In this document: in pieces, positions 9,807-19,158 of the stretch | Layout: the number at the start of each line of letters is the position of its first letter | Numbering within the stretch: the first letter of the stretch is position 1 | Source of the DNA: Candidatus Nanopelagicaceae bacterium | GTDB lineage: Bacteria; Actinomycetota; Actinomycetes; Nanopelagicales; Nanopelagicaceae | Assembly: GCA_035441345.1 (NCBI GenBank) | Contig: DAOROE010000001.1 | Coordinates: 22,815-84,146, forward strand | Direction: 5' to 3' | DNA length: 61,332 nucleotides | Program-made: the position numbers and the translations under genes | Notes under the pieces: generated by a model | What the model saw: the letters and a program-made list of their open reading frames with translations, nothing else | Database searches by the model: none | What the model was told of the DNA's origin: nothing

Positions 9807-10715
9807 ATGAAAGTCGTTCTGGCCTCATCATCAGATATTTCTCGACCAATACTTGAAGCGCTGCTTCATTCTCAACATCAATTAGTAGCTGCAATTTCCA
9901 TGCCGGATAAGCCTAAGGGGCGTGGCCGACAAATTCAGCCTAATTCCTTCTCGATGCTGTGCGAACAATCTGGTGTGCACGTGTTCAAGCCCGAGAATCA
10001 CATCGAATTGCGCGAGGTTCTGCGTGAGCTCGAACCAGATTTAGTGATCACGATTGCATACGGACGTTTAATCAAAGCCATGGAGCTATCTTTGCCAAAG
10101 CATGGTTGGTTGAATGTTCATTTTTCTCTTCTTCCGCGATGGAGAGGAGCAGCGCCGGTACAAAGAGCGATTCTCGAGGGAGATAGTGAAACTGGTATCT
10201 CTATCTTCCGACTAGAGGAAGGAATGGATACTGGTCCCGTTTATGCTACTCACAAGGTTTTGCTTAAAGGGAATGAAACTTATGGATCCTTGCTCAATGA
10301 TTTATCTCTGTTAGCCGCGCCTGTCTTGTTAACTGTGTTAGCGCAGATTGAGGACGGCGAATCTCCCATCCTTCAGAGTGAAGACGGGGCAACTCTTGCC
10401 CCTAAACTCTCTAAAGAAGAGGCGCGAATTGATTGGCGGAAGAGCGCTAAGGAAATTGAGCGTCAAGTGCGCGCGATGAATCCATGGCCAATTGCATGGA
10501 CCACTGTTAATGATAAGCGTCTCTCCATTCTTCAAACTTGCGTTCATAATCGTGCAGGCAATCCGGGCGAAATTCTCTCCTTAGAGCCATTCGTCGTTAG
10601 TTGTGGAGAAGAAGCTATTGAGATCTCATTGCTCAAGCCTGAAGGTAAAGCAGAAATGTCAGCTGCTGAGTGGCTCCGGGGTGCGCGCATATCTAAGGGC
10701 GAGTTTTTAAGGTGA
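9807..10715 (+). CDS. fmt: methionyl-tRNA formyltransferase
   Basis: NVHFSLLPRWRGAAPVQRAI motif. Follows def. Confidence 0.92.
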   Translation: MKVVLASSSDISRPILEALLHSQHQLVAAISMPDKPKGRGRQIQPNSFSMLCEQSGVHVFKPENHIELREVLRELEPDLVITIAYGRLIKAMELSLPKHGWLNVHFSLLPRWRGAAPVQRAILEGDSETGISIFRLEEGMDTGPVYATHKVLLKGNETYGSLLNDLSLLAAPVLLTVLAQIEDGESPILQSEDGATLAPKLSKEEARIDWRKSAKEIERQVRAMNPWPIAWTTVNDKRLSILQTCVHNRAGNPGEILSLEPFVVSCGEEAIEISLLKPEGKAEMSAAEWLRGARISKGEFLR

Positions 10716-12004
10716 GAATTATTTCGGATGCTCGATTACTTGCTTTTGAAGCCTTGATTGAAGTGGAGGAGAAAGGCGCCTATAGCAATCTTTTGCTGCC
10801 GAAGTTACTTTCGAAATCAGATCTACCCAAGGTTGATAGAGCTTTTGCCGCTGAACTGGTTTACGGCTCACTGCGTTTAAAGGCAAAACATGATCTCTTT
10901 ATTTCCAAGGCAAGTACGCGATCACTCGAGGATATCGACACCAAAGTTTTGATAGTACTCCGGCTTGGTGTTCATCAGCTCAAAGAGATGCGAGTTCCTT
11001 CCCATGCTGCAATCAATGAAACTGTAGAACTAGCAAAGAGAGTTGCAGGTAAGTCGACCGGTGGTTTCGTGAATGCGTTACTTCGGAAAATCGATGATTT
11101 TTCCATGGAGGATTTGGCGTTTCCGAGTGATATACAAGCGAGACTTGCGGCTGAATTCTCCCATCCAGAATGGATTGTGAGTTCATATTTTGATTCCCTC
11201 AAGCTCCAAAATGAGGTTGAAGATCTGCTTCGGGCAAATAATCTTCCGGCCCGCCCAACATTGATCGCTTGGCCCGGACGTTCAACTCAAAGTGAATTAG
11301 TTGAAGCGGGTGCAACTGTGATCGAAGGAAGCGTTGTCGCGGCTTCATATGACGGCGATCCAGGAGATATCGATGCGATTCGTGAGAGGCGTGCAGGAGT
11401 TCAAGATCTAGGGTCTCAAATTGTGGTTGAAAAATTTCTTCAAACGTATCAGCCAGGTTTACGTTGGCTAGATCTTTGTGCCGGTCCTGGCGGAAAGGCT
11501 GCCTACCTCTCGAGCTACATCAATCTCCATGAAGGTGAGTTCGTTGCTAACGAGGTTTCTAGTGAGCGAGCGAGACTTGTTGCCCAGGTAGTGGAGAAGT
11601 CCGAGGTTATCAATCACGATGGACGCAACCTGCCGAGTGAGCTCGGATCCTTTGATCGCATCCTTATTGATGCCCCCTGTACGGGTATTGGAGCACTTCG
11701 AAGACGTCCTGAGGTTCGCTGGAGAAGAACTCTCCAAGATTTGAAGAATTTAACTCTCCTGCAATCTGAATTGCTAGATTCTGCAGCTCGCCATCTCAAT
11801 AGTGGCGGATTGCTGGCTTACGTCACCTGCTCCTCACATCAAGCTGAGACAAAATTTCAGATTCGCTCATTTCTCAAGAGAAACATGGAATTCTCTCGTG
11901 TTCCGATTGAAGATAGCCGTGCAGACGCGGACGGAGATTTACAATTATGGCCGCACCGCGATAACTGCGATGCGATGTTCTTATCGATTCTTCAGAAGGG
12001 CTAG
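10712..12004 (+). CDS. rsmB: 16S rRNA (cytosine-C5)-methyltransferase, RsmB/Sun family
   Basis: GTGA overlap with fmt. NusB-like N-terminus plus a SAM methyltransferase domain with DAPCTGIGALRRRPE and YVTCS. Confidence 0.88.
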   Translation: MRIISDARLLAFEALIEVEEKGAYSNLLLPKLLSKSDLPKVDRAFAAELVYGSLRLKAKHDLFISKASTRSLEDIDTKVLIVLRLGVHQLKEMRVPSHAAINETVELAKRVAGKSTGGFVNALLRKIDDFSMEDLAFPSDIQARLAAEFSHPEWIVSSYFDSLKLQNEVEDLLRANNLPARPTLIAWPGRSTQSELVEAGATVIEGSVVAASYDGDPGDIDAIRERRAGVQDLGSQIVVEKFLQTYQPGLRWLDLCAGPGGKAAYLSSYINLHEGEFVANEVSSERARLVAQVVEKSEVINHDGRNLPSELGSFDRILIDAPCTGIGALRRRPEVRWRRTLQDLKNLTLLQSELLDSAARHLNSGGLLAYVTCSSHQAETKFQIRSFLKRNMEFSRVPIEDSRADADGDLQLWPHRDNCDAMFLSILQKG

Positions 12005-12006
12005 AG

Positions 12007-12678
12007 ATGATTCGAATCTGTCCTAGTATCCTCAATGCCAATTTTGACGATTTGCCAAACGAGATCAGAAAAGTTGCAGAGGTTTCAGACCTCTTGCATC
12101 TCGATGTCATGGATGACATTTTTGTCCCGAACTTTACTTTCTCCCTCGAGCGCTCCCTTGAGATCATTGAACTTTCAGCGCTTCCCGTTGATGTTCACCT
12201 TATGGTTGCTGAGGTAGATAAGAAGGCTGCTTCCTACGCAGCTAAGAACACCGCAAGTATTACTGTCCATTACGAAGCGTGCGAAGATCCCATCGCCACC
12301 CTCCGTAGTATTCGCAATTCCGGTAAGCGCGCAGGTTTAGCCATAAAACCCAATACTCCCGTGGCAGTTCTAGAGGAAATTCTCGAAGAGATTGACATGA
12401 TCTTGGTAATGACGGTTGAACCAGGTTTCGGGGGACAGTCCTTTATGGAAGCGATGATGCCTAAAGTTCAACAAGCGCGGCATTGGTTAACCCAAAAAGG
12501 GTTTACAGACACATGGCTTCAGGTGGATGGGGGCGTTTCACTTTCTACAATTCGTACTGCATTTCAATCGGGCGCCGATACCTTTGTAGCTGGCTCAGCG
12601 GTATACAAAGCCGATGATCCGGCTCAGATGATTCGGGAGCTGCGCGCAGAAGCTATCCGCGATGGATTAACGAGGTAA
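12007..12678 (+). CDS. rpe: ribulose-phosphate 3-epimerase
   Basis: ICPSILNANF..., HLDVMDD, VEPGFGGQSF and DGGV motifs. Confidence 0.93.
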   Translation: MIRICPSILNANFDDLPNEIRKVAEVSDLLHLDVMDDIFVPNFTFSLERSLEIIELSALPVDVHLMVAEVDKKAASYAAKNTASITVHYEACEDPIATLRSIRNSGKRAGLAIKPNTPVAVLEEILEEIDMILVMTVEPGFGGQSFMEAMMPKVQQARHWLTQKGFTDTWLQVDGGVSLSTIRTAFQSGADTFVAGSAVYKADDPAQMIRELRAEAIRDGLTR

Positions 12679-12682
12679 ATTT

Positions 12683-13309
12683 TTATAAGAATTTTAGAAG
12701 CTGATCGAGGCCCGGCTCGCTGATAACAACATCGGCGGCTTCATTCAAGATAGCTTTCCCACGATAACTAACTCCTAGCCCCGCTAATTTGATCATCTCT
12801 ATGTCGTTTGACCCATCACCCACTGCGACGCACTCATCTAGGGACACTCCGTGTTGAAGCGCAAAGTCACGGAGCGCTTGGGCTTTCCCCTCGCGATTAA
12901 TGATTGGACCAGAGGTTCTTCCAGTGAGACGACCATCTTTGACTTCTAGAGTGTTGGCTCGTAAAAAATCCAAATTGGCTGCAGCAAAGAGAGAAGACAG
13001 TACATTCGTAAATCCACCTGAAACAACGCCCACGAAATATTGGGACTGTTGTAATGATGAAAGCAAACGCTCGGCACCCTGCGCAAATGAAATTTCATCC
13101 AGGACAGCTGAAAACACTGAGTCGGGAAGCCCTTCTAGGAGAGAAACCCTCTCTTGTAGCGCTGCGTTGAAATCAATTTCTCCTGCCATAGCTCGTGAAG
13201 TTATCGACGCCACTTTATCTGCGTGAGGAGTTCGTGCCGCAAGGAGATCAATGACCTCCTGATTGATGAGCGTTGAATCAACGTCAAAAAGAACAAGTCT
13301 GTATTTCAT
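12683..13309 (-). CDS. serB: phosphoserine phosphatase, HAD catalytic domain only
   Basis: HAD motifs LVLFDVDSTLI, GGFT and GDGSNDIEM. Its ATG overlaps the stop of the upstream ACT ORF (ATGA). Confidence 0.8.
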   Translation of the reverse strand: MKYRLVLFDVDSTLINQEVIDLLAARTPHADKVASITSRAMAGEIDFNAALQERVSLLEGLPDSVFSAVLDEISFAQGAERLLSSLQQSQYFVGVVSGGFTNVLSSLFAAANLDFLRANTLEVKDGRLTGRTSGPIINREGKAQALRDFALQHGVSLDECVAVGDGSNDIEMIKLAGLGVSYRGKAILNEAADVVISEPGLDQLLKFL

Positions 13310-13569
13310 AGAAGTTCAAGTGCAACATCAAAATTCTCTTGCTTCAGAGCCGCGTGAAGATCAGATTCGATGGCTCCAGCATGAGCAGGATCAAGTCCTA
13401 TCTCGACACCAATGATCACTCGGCCCGATAGCGCGATACTCTGGGAATCAAGAATCCTAAGCGTGAACGGTTTAAGGGATTCCATGATTACAGAAAGGAC
13501 TTGGTCGCGCTGACGAGCATCTCCGGGGCCGCTTGCCAGAATAATTGCCTTAGATTTGTAATCACTCAC
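13306..13569 (-). CDS. small ACT-domain protein (stand-alone counterpart of the SerB N-terminal regulatory domain)
   Basis: 87 aa. Aligns by eye with the second ACT domain of mycobacterial SerB2 (beta-alpha-beta-beta-alpha-beta pattern, ...VIIGVEIGLDP...). GTG start, translationally coupled to serB. Confidence 0.55.
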   Translation of the reverse strand: MSDYKSKAIILASGPGDARQRDQVLSVIMESLKPFTLRILDSQSIALSGRVIIGVEIGLDPAHAGAIESDLHAALKQENFDVALELL

Positions 13570-13575
13570 TCATGG

Positions 13576-13610
13576 AGTTTAGCGAAGATGCTTCTATGAC
13601 GAGGTATCTT
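13576..13610. promoter_or_regulatory. divergent -10 pair: TAAACT (minus, 13576-13581, 6 nt before the ACT-gene GTG) and TATCTT (plus, 13605-13610, 8 nt before the ABC ATPase ATG)
   Basis: TANNNT hexamers at leaderless spacing within a 49-bp divergent gap. No Shine-Dalgarno sequences. Confidence 0.45.
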
Positions 13611-13618
13611 GTCGCCCT

Positions 13619-14404
13619 ATGGAAGCGCTATTACATGTTGAAAACGTTACCGTTCAGCGCTCCACGAAAACAATTCTCGGTCCAATCACATGGCAGATTA
13701 ATGAAGGGGAGCGTTGGGTTATCTTGGGCCCCAACGGTGCCGGAAAAACCACCCTCCTCCAACTATTAGCAGCGCTTATTCATCCAACTCAAGGCAGAGT
13801 CGAGATATTGGGTGAAGCGCTCGGAGCTGTTGATGTTTTCGAATTACGTCCGAGAATTGGATTCACTTCCAGCGCGATGCTTGAGTTGTTACCGGCTGAT
13901 GAGCGAGTGATGGATATCGTTCTAACATCGGCATATGCCATCGCAGGAAGGTGGCAAGAAGAATATGACCTCTGGGATGAATCTCGAGCCAAGGCACTAC
14001 TCACGACTTTTGGCGTGAGAGATTTAGGCGAACGAATTTTTGGAACTCTCAGTGAAGGTGAAAAGAAGCGGGTACAGATCTCGCGCGCTTTGATGGCAGA
14101 CCCTGAAGTTCTTCTCCTTGATGAACCTGCAGCGGGTCTTGATCTTGGCGGCCGCGAAGACATTTTGCAACGTATAACTGAGTACACAAGTGATGAGCAC
14201 TCGCCAGCCACAGTAATTGTCACTCATCACATTGAAGAGATACCTGCGGGAACAACACACGCGCTATTACTCAAAGATGGTCTCGCGGTTTACTCAGGTT
14301 TGATCGGTGAAGTACTTACCGAAGGAAATATCAAGGAAGTATTTGGAGTGGATATCAATCTGGCATTTAACGGTTATCGATACTTTGCTTCAGCCAAGAG
14401 CTAA
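13619..14404 (+). CDS. ABC-type ATPase without adjacent permease (ModF/YlmA-like)
   Basis: Walker A GPNGAGKTT, signature LSEGEKKRV, Walker B LLLDEP. No membrane partner nearby. Confidence 0.8.
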   Translation: MEALLHVENVTVQRSTKTILGPITWQINEGERWVILGPNGAGKTTLLQLLAALIHPTQGRVEILGEALGAVDVFELRPRIGFTSSAMLELLPADERVMDIVLTSAYAIAGRWQEEYDLWDESRAKALLTTFGVRDLGERIFGTLSEGEKKRVQISRALMADPEVLLLDEPAAGLDLGGREDILQRITEYTSDEHSPATVIVTHHIEEIPAGTTHALLLKDGLAVYSGLIGEVLTEGNIKEVFGVDINLAFNGYRYFASAKS

Positions 14405-15054
14405 TGCTTTTTTCTCTCGTTCCAGAGCCATGGACTGATGTTTTAGCCTCCCATGAAGATCTGATCAATTCCATAGGTCGTGAACTACAGCAAAGAGCCG
14501 ATAAAGGCGAGCGAATTCTCCCGGATCGGAAATGGGTATTTAGAAGCCTTGAGATGCCTCCTGAAGATGTGAAGGTGATCATTGTTGGACAAGATCCTTA
14601 TCCCAACATTTCTGATGCAGTGGGGTTGGCGTTCTCTGTTGCGCCAAGAAAATCTGGACTTCCAGGGTCCCTGATGAATATTCAGAAGGAAATCATTACC
14701 GATATCGGTTCAACTACTACGTCGGATGGAGATTTGAGCCGCTGGAGTTCTCAAGGCGTTATGTTGCTCAATCGAATCTTGACTGTTTCTGCAGGAGAGA
14801 GCGCCTCGCACGCATCCTTAGGTTGGGGGGAAGTTACGAAATCAATAATTGCGCATGTGGCAGGAAATGGCGCAATTGGAGTTCTCTGGGGTAATTCTGC
14901 AAAGGAAATGGCTCCGCTATTTGCCGAAGATAATCGCATTGAGGGAGTCCACCCCAGCCCACTGTCGGCTCATCGAGGTTTCCTTGGTTCAAAACCTTTT
15001 TCTCGGGTCAATGAGAAGCTGCTAGCGCGAGGTCTCGGACCCATTATCTGGTAG
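14404..15054 (+). CDS. ung: uracil-DNA glycosylase, family 1
   Basis: GQDPYPN...GLAFSV and HPSPLSA motifs. TAATG overlap with the upstream ATPase. Confidence 0.9.
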   Translation: MLFSLVPEPWTDVLASHEDLINSIGRELQQRADKGERILPDRKWVFRSLEMPPEDVKVIIVGQDPYPNISDAVGLAFSVAPRKSGLPGSLMNIQKEIITDIGSTTTSDGDLSRWSSQGVMLLNRILTVSAGESASHASLGWGEVTKSIIAHVAGNGAIGVLWGNSAKEMAPLFAEDNRIEGVHPSPLSAHRGFLGSKPFSRVNEKLLARGLGPIIW

Positions 15055-15067
15055 CGCCAGAAAGACT

Positions 15068-15093
15068 AAAGGCCCGGATTGCTCCAGGCCTTT
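15068..15093. terminator. bidirectional stem-loop between convergent ung and permease genes
   Basis: AAAGGCCCGGA-TTGC-TCCAGGCCTTT: 11-bp stem with one mismatch, A/T runs on both sides. Confidence 0.65.
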
Positions 15094-15133
15094 AGCGGTA
15101 GAACTTCAATAATCTACAAGTGAGAAACCAGTC

Positions 15134-16570
15134 TTAGGAGACCCACGTGTTGATTGGATTATTGAGGAAGTAGATCATGAATAGACCTGCAACGAGGAGA
15201 AGCAATGGATGAATATCTTTGCTACGTCCTTGAAGTAGTCGAATCACAACATATGAAACAAAGCCTGCTCCAATACCTACAGAGATGTTGTAAGTGAATG
15301 GCATCAAGATAATTGTGAGGAAGGCTGGAATCGCAATTCCATAATCTTCCCAATCAATTGACTTGATCTGTGTCATCATCAAGAAACCAACGATGATGAG
15401 AGCTGGGGTTGCAGCTTCGTAAGGAATGATTGCAACCAACGGAGCGAGGAATGTCGTGAGCAGGAAGAGAACTCCAGTCACAACAGAGGCAAGACCAGTT
15501 CTCGCGCCTTCACCAACGCCTGATGCTGATTCAATATATGAGGTGTTTGATGAAACGCCAGCAGCTCCACCTGCCGCAGCTGCGAGTGAATCAACGAGAA
15601 GGATGCGGTCCGCATTTGGCGGTGTTCCATCTTTGTCGTTGAGACCAGCTTCTTGACCAATCGCTGTCATGGTTCCCATGGTGTCGAAGAAGTCCGCCAA
15701 GAGAAGTGTGAAAACGAGAAGGAGAGCGGTGATCAATGGAACGCGGTCAAATGAACCGAAGAGATTAAATGATCCAAGAAGTCCAAAATCAGGTGTAGCA
15801 ACAACTGATTCTGGCATAGCAGGAACGTTGAGGTTCCAGCCCTTTGGATTTACGTTGCCGGTTGCACCATCAAACAATGGACCAACTTTGAAGGCGCTCT
15901 CAATCGCAACGGCAAGTGCTGTTGAGACGATGATGCCGATAAGAAGAGCAGCTTTAACTTTCCGAACCATCAAGCCGATAGTTAGGAAGAGGCCAAATGC
16001 GAAGACAATTACTGGCCATCCGACAAGCTCACCATTGTTGCCGAGAGTAACTGGTACTGGGCCAGTTCCGGTGCGGCGAACGAAGCCAGCGTCAACGAGA
16101 CCGATAAGTGCGATAAATAGACCGATACCAACAGAGATAGCGATCTTGAGCTGAGTTGGCACGGCGCGGAACACCGCAGTGCGGAATCCAGTGAGAACCA
16201 AGACGGTAATGATGATGCCCTCGAGGACAACGAGTCCCATGGCATCTGCCCATGTCATCTTGGAAGCAATTCCTACGGCAACGAAGGTGTTAAGACCGAG
16301 GCCGGTTGCGAGAGCTAATGGGAAGTTAGCAACAACGCCCATAAGAATCGAGAGAACTCCAGCAACAAGTGCTGTCGCCGCAGCGATGAGAGCGAGGTTC
16401 GGAGCGTCTCCGCCACCGAGGAATTTCCCATCGCCGTCTTTTGCAAGGCCGATGATGAGTGGATTAAGTGCGACGATGTATGCCATCGTGAAGAAGGTAA
16501 CTACGCCGCCACGAACCTCTTGAGCTACCGAGGATCCGCGTTGAGATATTTTGAAATAAGAGTCGAGCAT
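15134..16570 (-). CDS. NCS2-family purine permease (adenine/guanine/hypoxanthine, AzgA/PbuG type)
   Basis: The N-terminus MLDSYFKISQRGSSVAQEVRGGVVTFFTMAYIVALNP is typical of the family. About 12 transmembrane segments. Confidence 0.88.
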   Translation of the reverse strand: MLDSYFKISQRGSSVAQEVRGGVVTFFTMAYIVALNPLIIGLAKDGDGKFLGGGDAPNLALIAAATALVAGVLSILMGVVANFPLALATGLGLNTFVAVGIASKMTWADAMGLVVLEGIIITVLVLTGFRTAVFRAVPTQLKIAISVGIGLFIALIGLVDAGFVRRTGTGPVPVTLGNNGELVGWPVIVFAFGLFLTIGLMVRKVKAALLIGIIVSTALAVAIESAFKVGPLFDGATGNVNPKGWNLNVPAMPESVVATPDFGLLGSFNLFGSFDRVPLITALLLVFTLLLADFFDTMGTMTAIGQEAGLNDKDGTPPNADRILLVDSLAAAAGGAAGVSSNTSYIESASGVGEGARTGLASVVTGVLFLLTTFLAPLVAIIPYEAATPALIIVGFLMMTQIKSIDWEDYGIAIPAFLTIILMPFTYNISVGIGAGFVSYVVIRLLQGRSKDIHPLLLLVAGLFMIYFLNNPINTWVS

Positions 16571-16681
16571 GCTCTTCCTTTCATCCCAGAAATCGGGATG
16601 GCGCTAATTTTTTAACGGTGGTGGTTGCGACACCGAGTGGAGTCAGTCCACAGGCTGAGGGGAGTACGAGAAATCTATTAG

Positions 16682-17362
16682 TTACTTCTGAGTAAGGCGG
16701 GCAACGACACCAAAAGAGGTCGCTACGGAATAACCGATGAGGAGGGCAAAAAGCGCAGTTCCAAGGCCTAAACGACCACCAAGAAGAGCGCCGCAGATCA
16801 GAACGCAAACCTCAATCATCAGTCGGACTCGTCCCACGGGTATACCCGTTCGGCGATGGAGAGACGTCATCCAGCCATCGCGAGGGCCTGGCCCAAGACC
16901 ACAGGTGATGTATAGCGCGGAGCCCGCTCCCACCAAGAAGATCCCGGTAAAGACATATAACAACTGAATCGCAAAATTGTGCGGATGGGGGATTGTTGCG
17001 ATGCCAACATCAATTGCAGTTGCAACGATGACGATGTTTGCGATGGTTCCAAAGCCGGGCTTCTCACGCAATGGAATCCACAGTGCGAGAACAACTCCGC
17101 TGATCACAAAAGTAGCTGCTCCAACCGACAATGGTGTGCGAAGTGAAATACCTTGAGCCAAAACAGACCACGGTGCATTCCCCAAATCCGAGACTATGAG
17201 CAAGCTGTCACCAATACCAAATGAAAATAGTCCAAACGAGAGCAAAAATACCCGAGAAAAATTCAGATCCCATCGATGATTTGCCGTCCATGGAGTATGC
17301 GGAACTGTTTTGTGGGGCTTCAATTTGTTGATTAAATCGCGCACTTTCGAACGGTACACCAT
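16682..17362 (-). CDS. polytopic membrane protein, YczE/YitT-like
   Basis: 226 aa, 5-6 hydrophobic segments. Motifs GDSLLIVSDLGNAPW and GLGPGPRDG resemble the YczE family. Start codon uncertain. Confidence 0.6.
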   Translation of the reverse strand: MVYRSKVRDLINKLKPHKTVPHTPWTANHRWDLNFSRVFLLSFGLFSFGIGDSLLIVSDLGNAPWSVLAQGISLRTPLSVGAATFVISGVVLALWIPLREKPGFGTIANIVIVATAIDVGIATIPHPHNFAIQLLYVFTGIFLVGAGSALYITCGLGPGPRDGWMTSLHRRTGIPVGRVRLMIEVCVLICGALLGGRLGLGTALFALLIGYSVATSFGVVARLTQK

Positions 17363-17370
17363 CCATGGCT

Positions 17371-17376
17371 TACACT
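17371..17376 (+). promoter_or_regulatory. -10-like TACACT, 7 nt before the DUF554 gene ATG
   Basis: TACACT-ttcattt-ATG. Lies inside a 21-bp gap between divergent start codons. Confidence 0.45.
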
Positions 17377-17383
17377 TTCATTT

Positions 17384-18115
17384 ATGTTCGTTGGAGTGGG
17401 AACGGTCATCAATATTGTGGCAATTGTTGGCGGCGCAGCTATAGGCATTCTTATCGGCAATCGCTTGGCGGAAAGAACTCGCAACCTTATGACTGATGTT
17501 CTGGGAGCAATTACCTTGATTGGTGCCGCATCATCCATTAAAGCCCTGTGGAATAAAGATCTTTCTAGCGCCCTACCTGAAGGTTGGCCCATCATGGTCG
17601 TGCTTGGTTCGCTCCTTATAGGCGGCCTCATTGGCTCTACTTTAAATATTGAAGCCAAACTTGAAGGACTTGGAGTACGTTTAAAAAGGCGTTTCGATGC
17701 ACGTGGAGAATCACCCTTCGTTGAAGGATTTGTTACTGCATCTTTGATCTTTGCTATCGGACCACTCGCAATTCTAGGAAGTATTAGCGATGGCATGTCT
17801 ACAGGCATAGATCAGCTTGTTCTCAAGAGCACTTTGGATTTTTTTGCTTCCATCGCTTTTGCTGCCGCGCTCGGTTGGGGAGTCGCAGTCTCCGCTCTTC
17901 CGGTTGGCGTTTACCAGTTTGCTTGGACTGGTATCGGATTTGCGTTGGGTTCAATTCTCTCTGATTACCAAGTGAGCGCGATGACTGCGACAGGTGGAAT
18001 TTTGCTGCTTGGTATTGCATTTAAACTACTGAATATCAAGCAGATCGCGATCGGGAATCTATTGCCAGCTCTCGCTGTAGCACCGCTGCTAGCTTTAGGG
18101 ATTAGTTACCTTTAA
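17384..18115 (+). CDS. DUF554-family membrane protein (YdfK/YqgA-like)
   Basis: MFVGVGTVINIVAIVGGAAIGILIGNRL N-terminus and overall transmembrane pattern typical of DUF554. Confidence 0.7.
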   Translation: MFVGVGTVINIVAIVGGAAIGILIGNRLAERTRNLMTDVLGAITLIGAASSIKALWNKDLSSALPEGWPIMVVLGSLLIGGLIGSTLNIEAKLEGLGVRLKRRFDARGESPFVEGFVTASLIFAIGPLAILGSISDGMSTGIDQLVLKSTLDFFASIAFAAALGWGVAVSALPVGVYQFAWTGIGFALGSILSDYQVSAMTATGGILLLGIAFKLLNIKQIAIGNLLPALAVAPLLALGISYL

Positions 18116-19155
18116 AAAGACGAGGCATCAATAACAAAGCGGTATTTCACGTCGCTTGCTACCGTACGTTCGTAGGCTTGATTTATGTAGTCAGCTTTAA
18201 TTACTTCAACATCGCTGACGATATTTTTTGCTCCACAGAAATCCAGCATTTCTTGCAATTCGGGCATGCCGCCAATCATTGATCCGGCAATAGAACGACG
18301 GCCATCGAGCATCGTTCCAGCGTTAATGGCGTAAGGCTTTCCGGGAAGTCCAATAATGACCAGCGTTCCATCGGTTGCCAAGGTGGATAGATATGGATCT
18401 AAATCTAGATCTGCGCTCACTGTGTTCAGAATAAGATCAAATTTCTTACGCAGCGGTTTATGCCAATCATCGCCATTGGTCACAACAAAATGAGCTGCTC
18501 CCATAGCTTTCGCATCAGCTTCCTTATGAGCGGAATGTGAAAAGACCGTAACTTCCGCACCGAGAGCTGCAGCAAACTTAACGCCCATATGACCGAGACC
18601 ACCTAGTCCCATCACCGCCACTTTTGAAGTGGGCCCAACTTTCCAATGTTTAATGGGGGAGTACAGAGTGATACCAGCGCATAACAATGGCGCAACGCCC
18701 GCAGGGTCAAGATTAGAGGGAACTTTTACCGCGTAACTTTCTTCGATAACAAAGTAATTGGAATATCCACCAAATGCGATGGTTTGAGAATTTCTCTCAT
18801 AACCGTTATATGTTCCTGTCATTCCTTCAAGACAATATTGCTGAAGACCTTTCACGCAGTTGGCACATTTGCGGCAAGAGTCGATGAAGACGCCGACTCC
18901 AATGCTGTCGCCAACCTTGAACGAGGTTACTTTCGAACCAACTCCGGTCACCGTTCCAACAATTTCATGACCCGGAACCATCGGGAACAAAGCTGGACCC
19001 CATTCTTCGCGGACTTGGTGGATATCCGAGTGACAGATGCCAGCAAAATCGATTGTGAATCCAACGTCGGTATCGCGAAGTGCACGTCTTTCAAATTCAA
19101 AAGGAGTTAAATCTGCGCGCGCAGCAAGGGCTGCATAACCTCGAGTTTTAGTCAT
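18112..19155 (-). CDS. zinc-dependent NAD(P) alcohol dehydrogenase, cinnamyl-alcohol-DH/YahK family
   Basis: GICHSDIH, GHEIVG, CRKCANCVKG (structural Zn) and GLGGLGHMG Rossmann motifs. Stop codon shares TTAA with the DUF554 gene. Confidence 0.85.
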   Translation of the reverse strand: MTKTRGYAALAARADLTPFEFERRALRDTDVGFTIDFAGICHSDIHQVREEWGPALFPMVPGHEIVGTVTGVGSKVTSFKVGDSIGVGVFIDSCRKCANCVKGLQQYCLEGMTGTYNGYERNSQTIAFGGYSNYFVIEESYAVKVPSNLDPAGVAPLLCAGITLYSPIKHWKVGPTSKVAVMGLGGLGHMGVKFAAALGAEVTVFSHSAHKEADAKAMGAAHFVVTNGDDWHKPLRKKFDLILNTVSADLDLDPYLSTLATDGTLVIIGLPGKPYAINAGTMLDGRRSIAGSMIGGMPELQEMLDFCGAKNIVSDVEVIKADYINQAYERTVASDVKYRFVIDASSF

Positions 19156-19158
19156 GGC

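Noticed and set aside
13619-15054. Orphan ABC ATPase translationally coupled (TAATG) to ung, considered as a possible new DNA-repair pairing.
   Set aside because: Tight coupling is the rule for almost all neighbours in this genome, so adjacency alone carries little functional information. The ATPase looks like a generic ModF/YlmA-type protein. I noted it but do not consider it evidence of a system.
15669-16154. Long antisense ORFs inside well-supported genes: 15669-16154 and 16179-16523 versus the permease, 41131-41658 versus gcvP, 54283-54861 versus parA/RHH, 25700-26128 versus mshC/PAC2, 3570-4001 versus mihF, 13789-14223 versus the ABC ATPase.
   Set aside because: Each lies fully within or across a gene with strong family motifs on the other strand. 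Their translations are Arg/Ser/Pro/Thr-rich and low in complexity, and they lack start-site signals. These are typical shadow ORFs.
16571-16681. Possible purine riboswitch or other leader RNA upstream of the NCS2 purine permease. The 111-nt spacer contains small hairpins, e.g. CATCCC-gatttct-GGGATG just before the AAAGGAAG Shine-Dalgarno sequence.
   Set aside because: Reading the minus strand, I cannot find the conserved purine-riboswitch junction and loop elements (UAUAAU..., GGAUAUGG, GUUUCUACC, CCGUAAAU...ACUA). The hairpins are short and could simply be the terminator of the upstream membrane protein gene plus local structure. A covariance-model search would be needed to say more.
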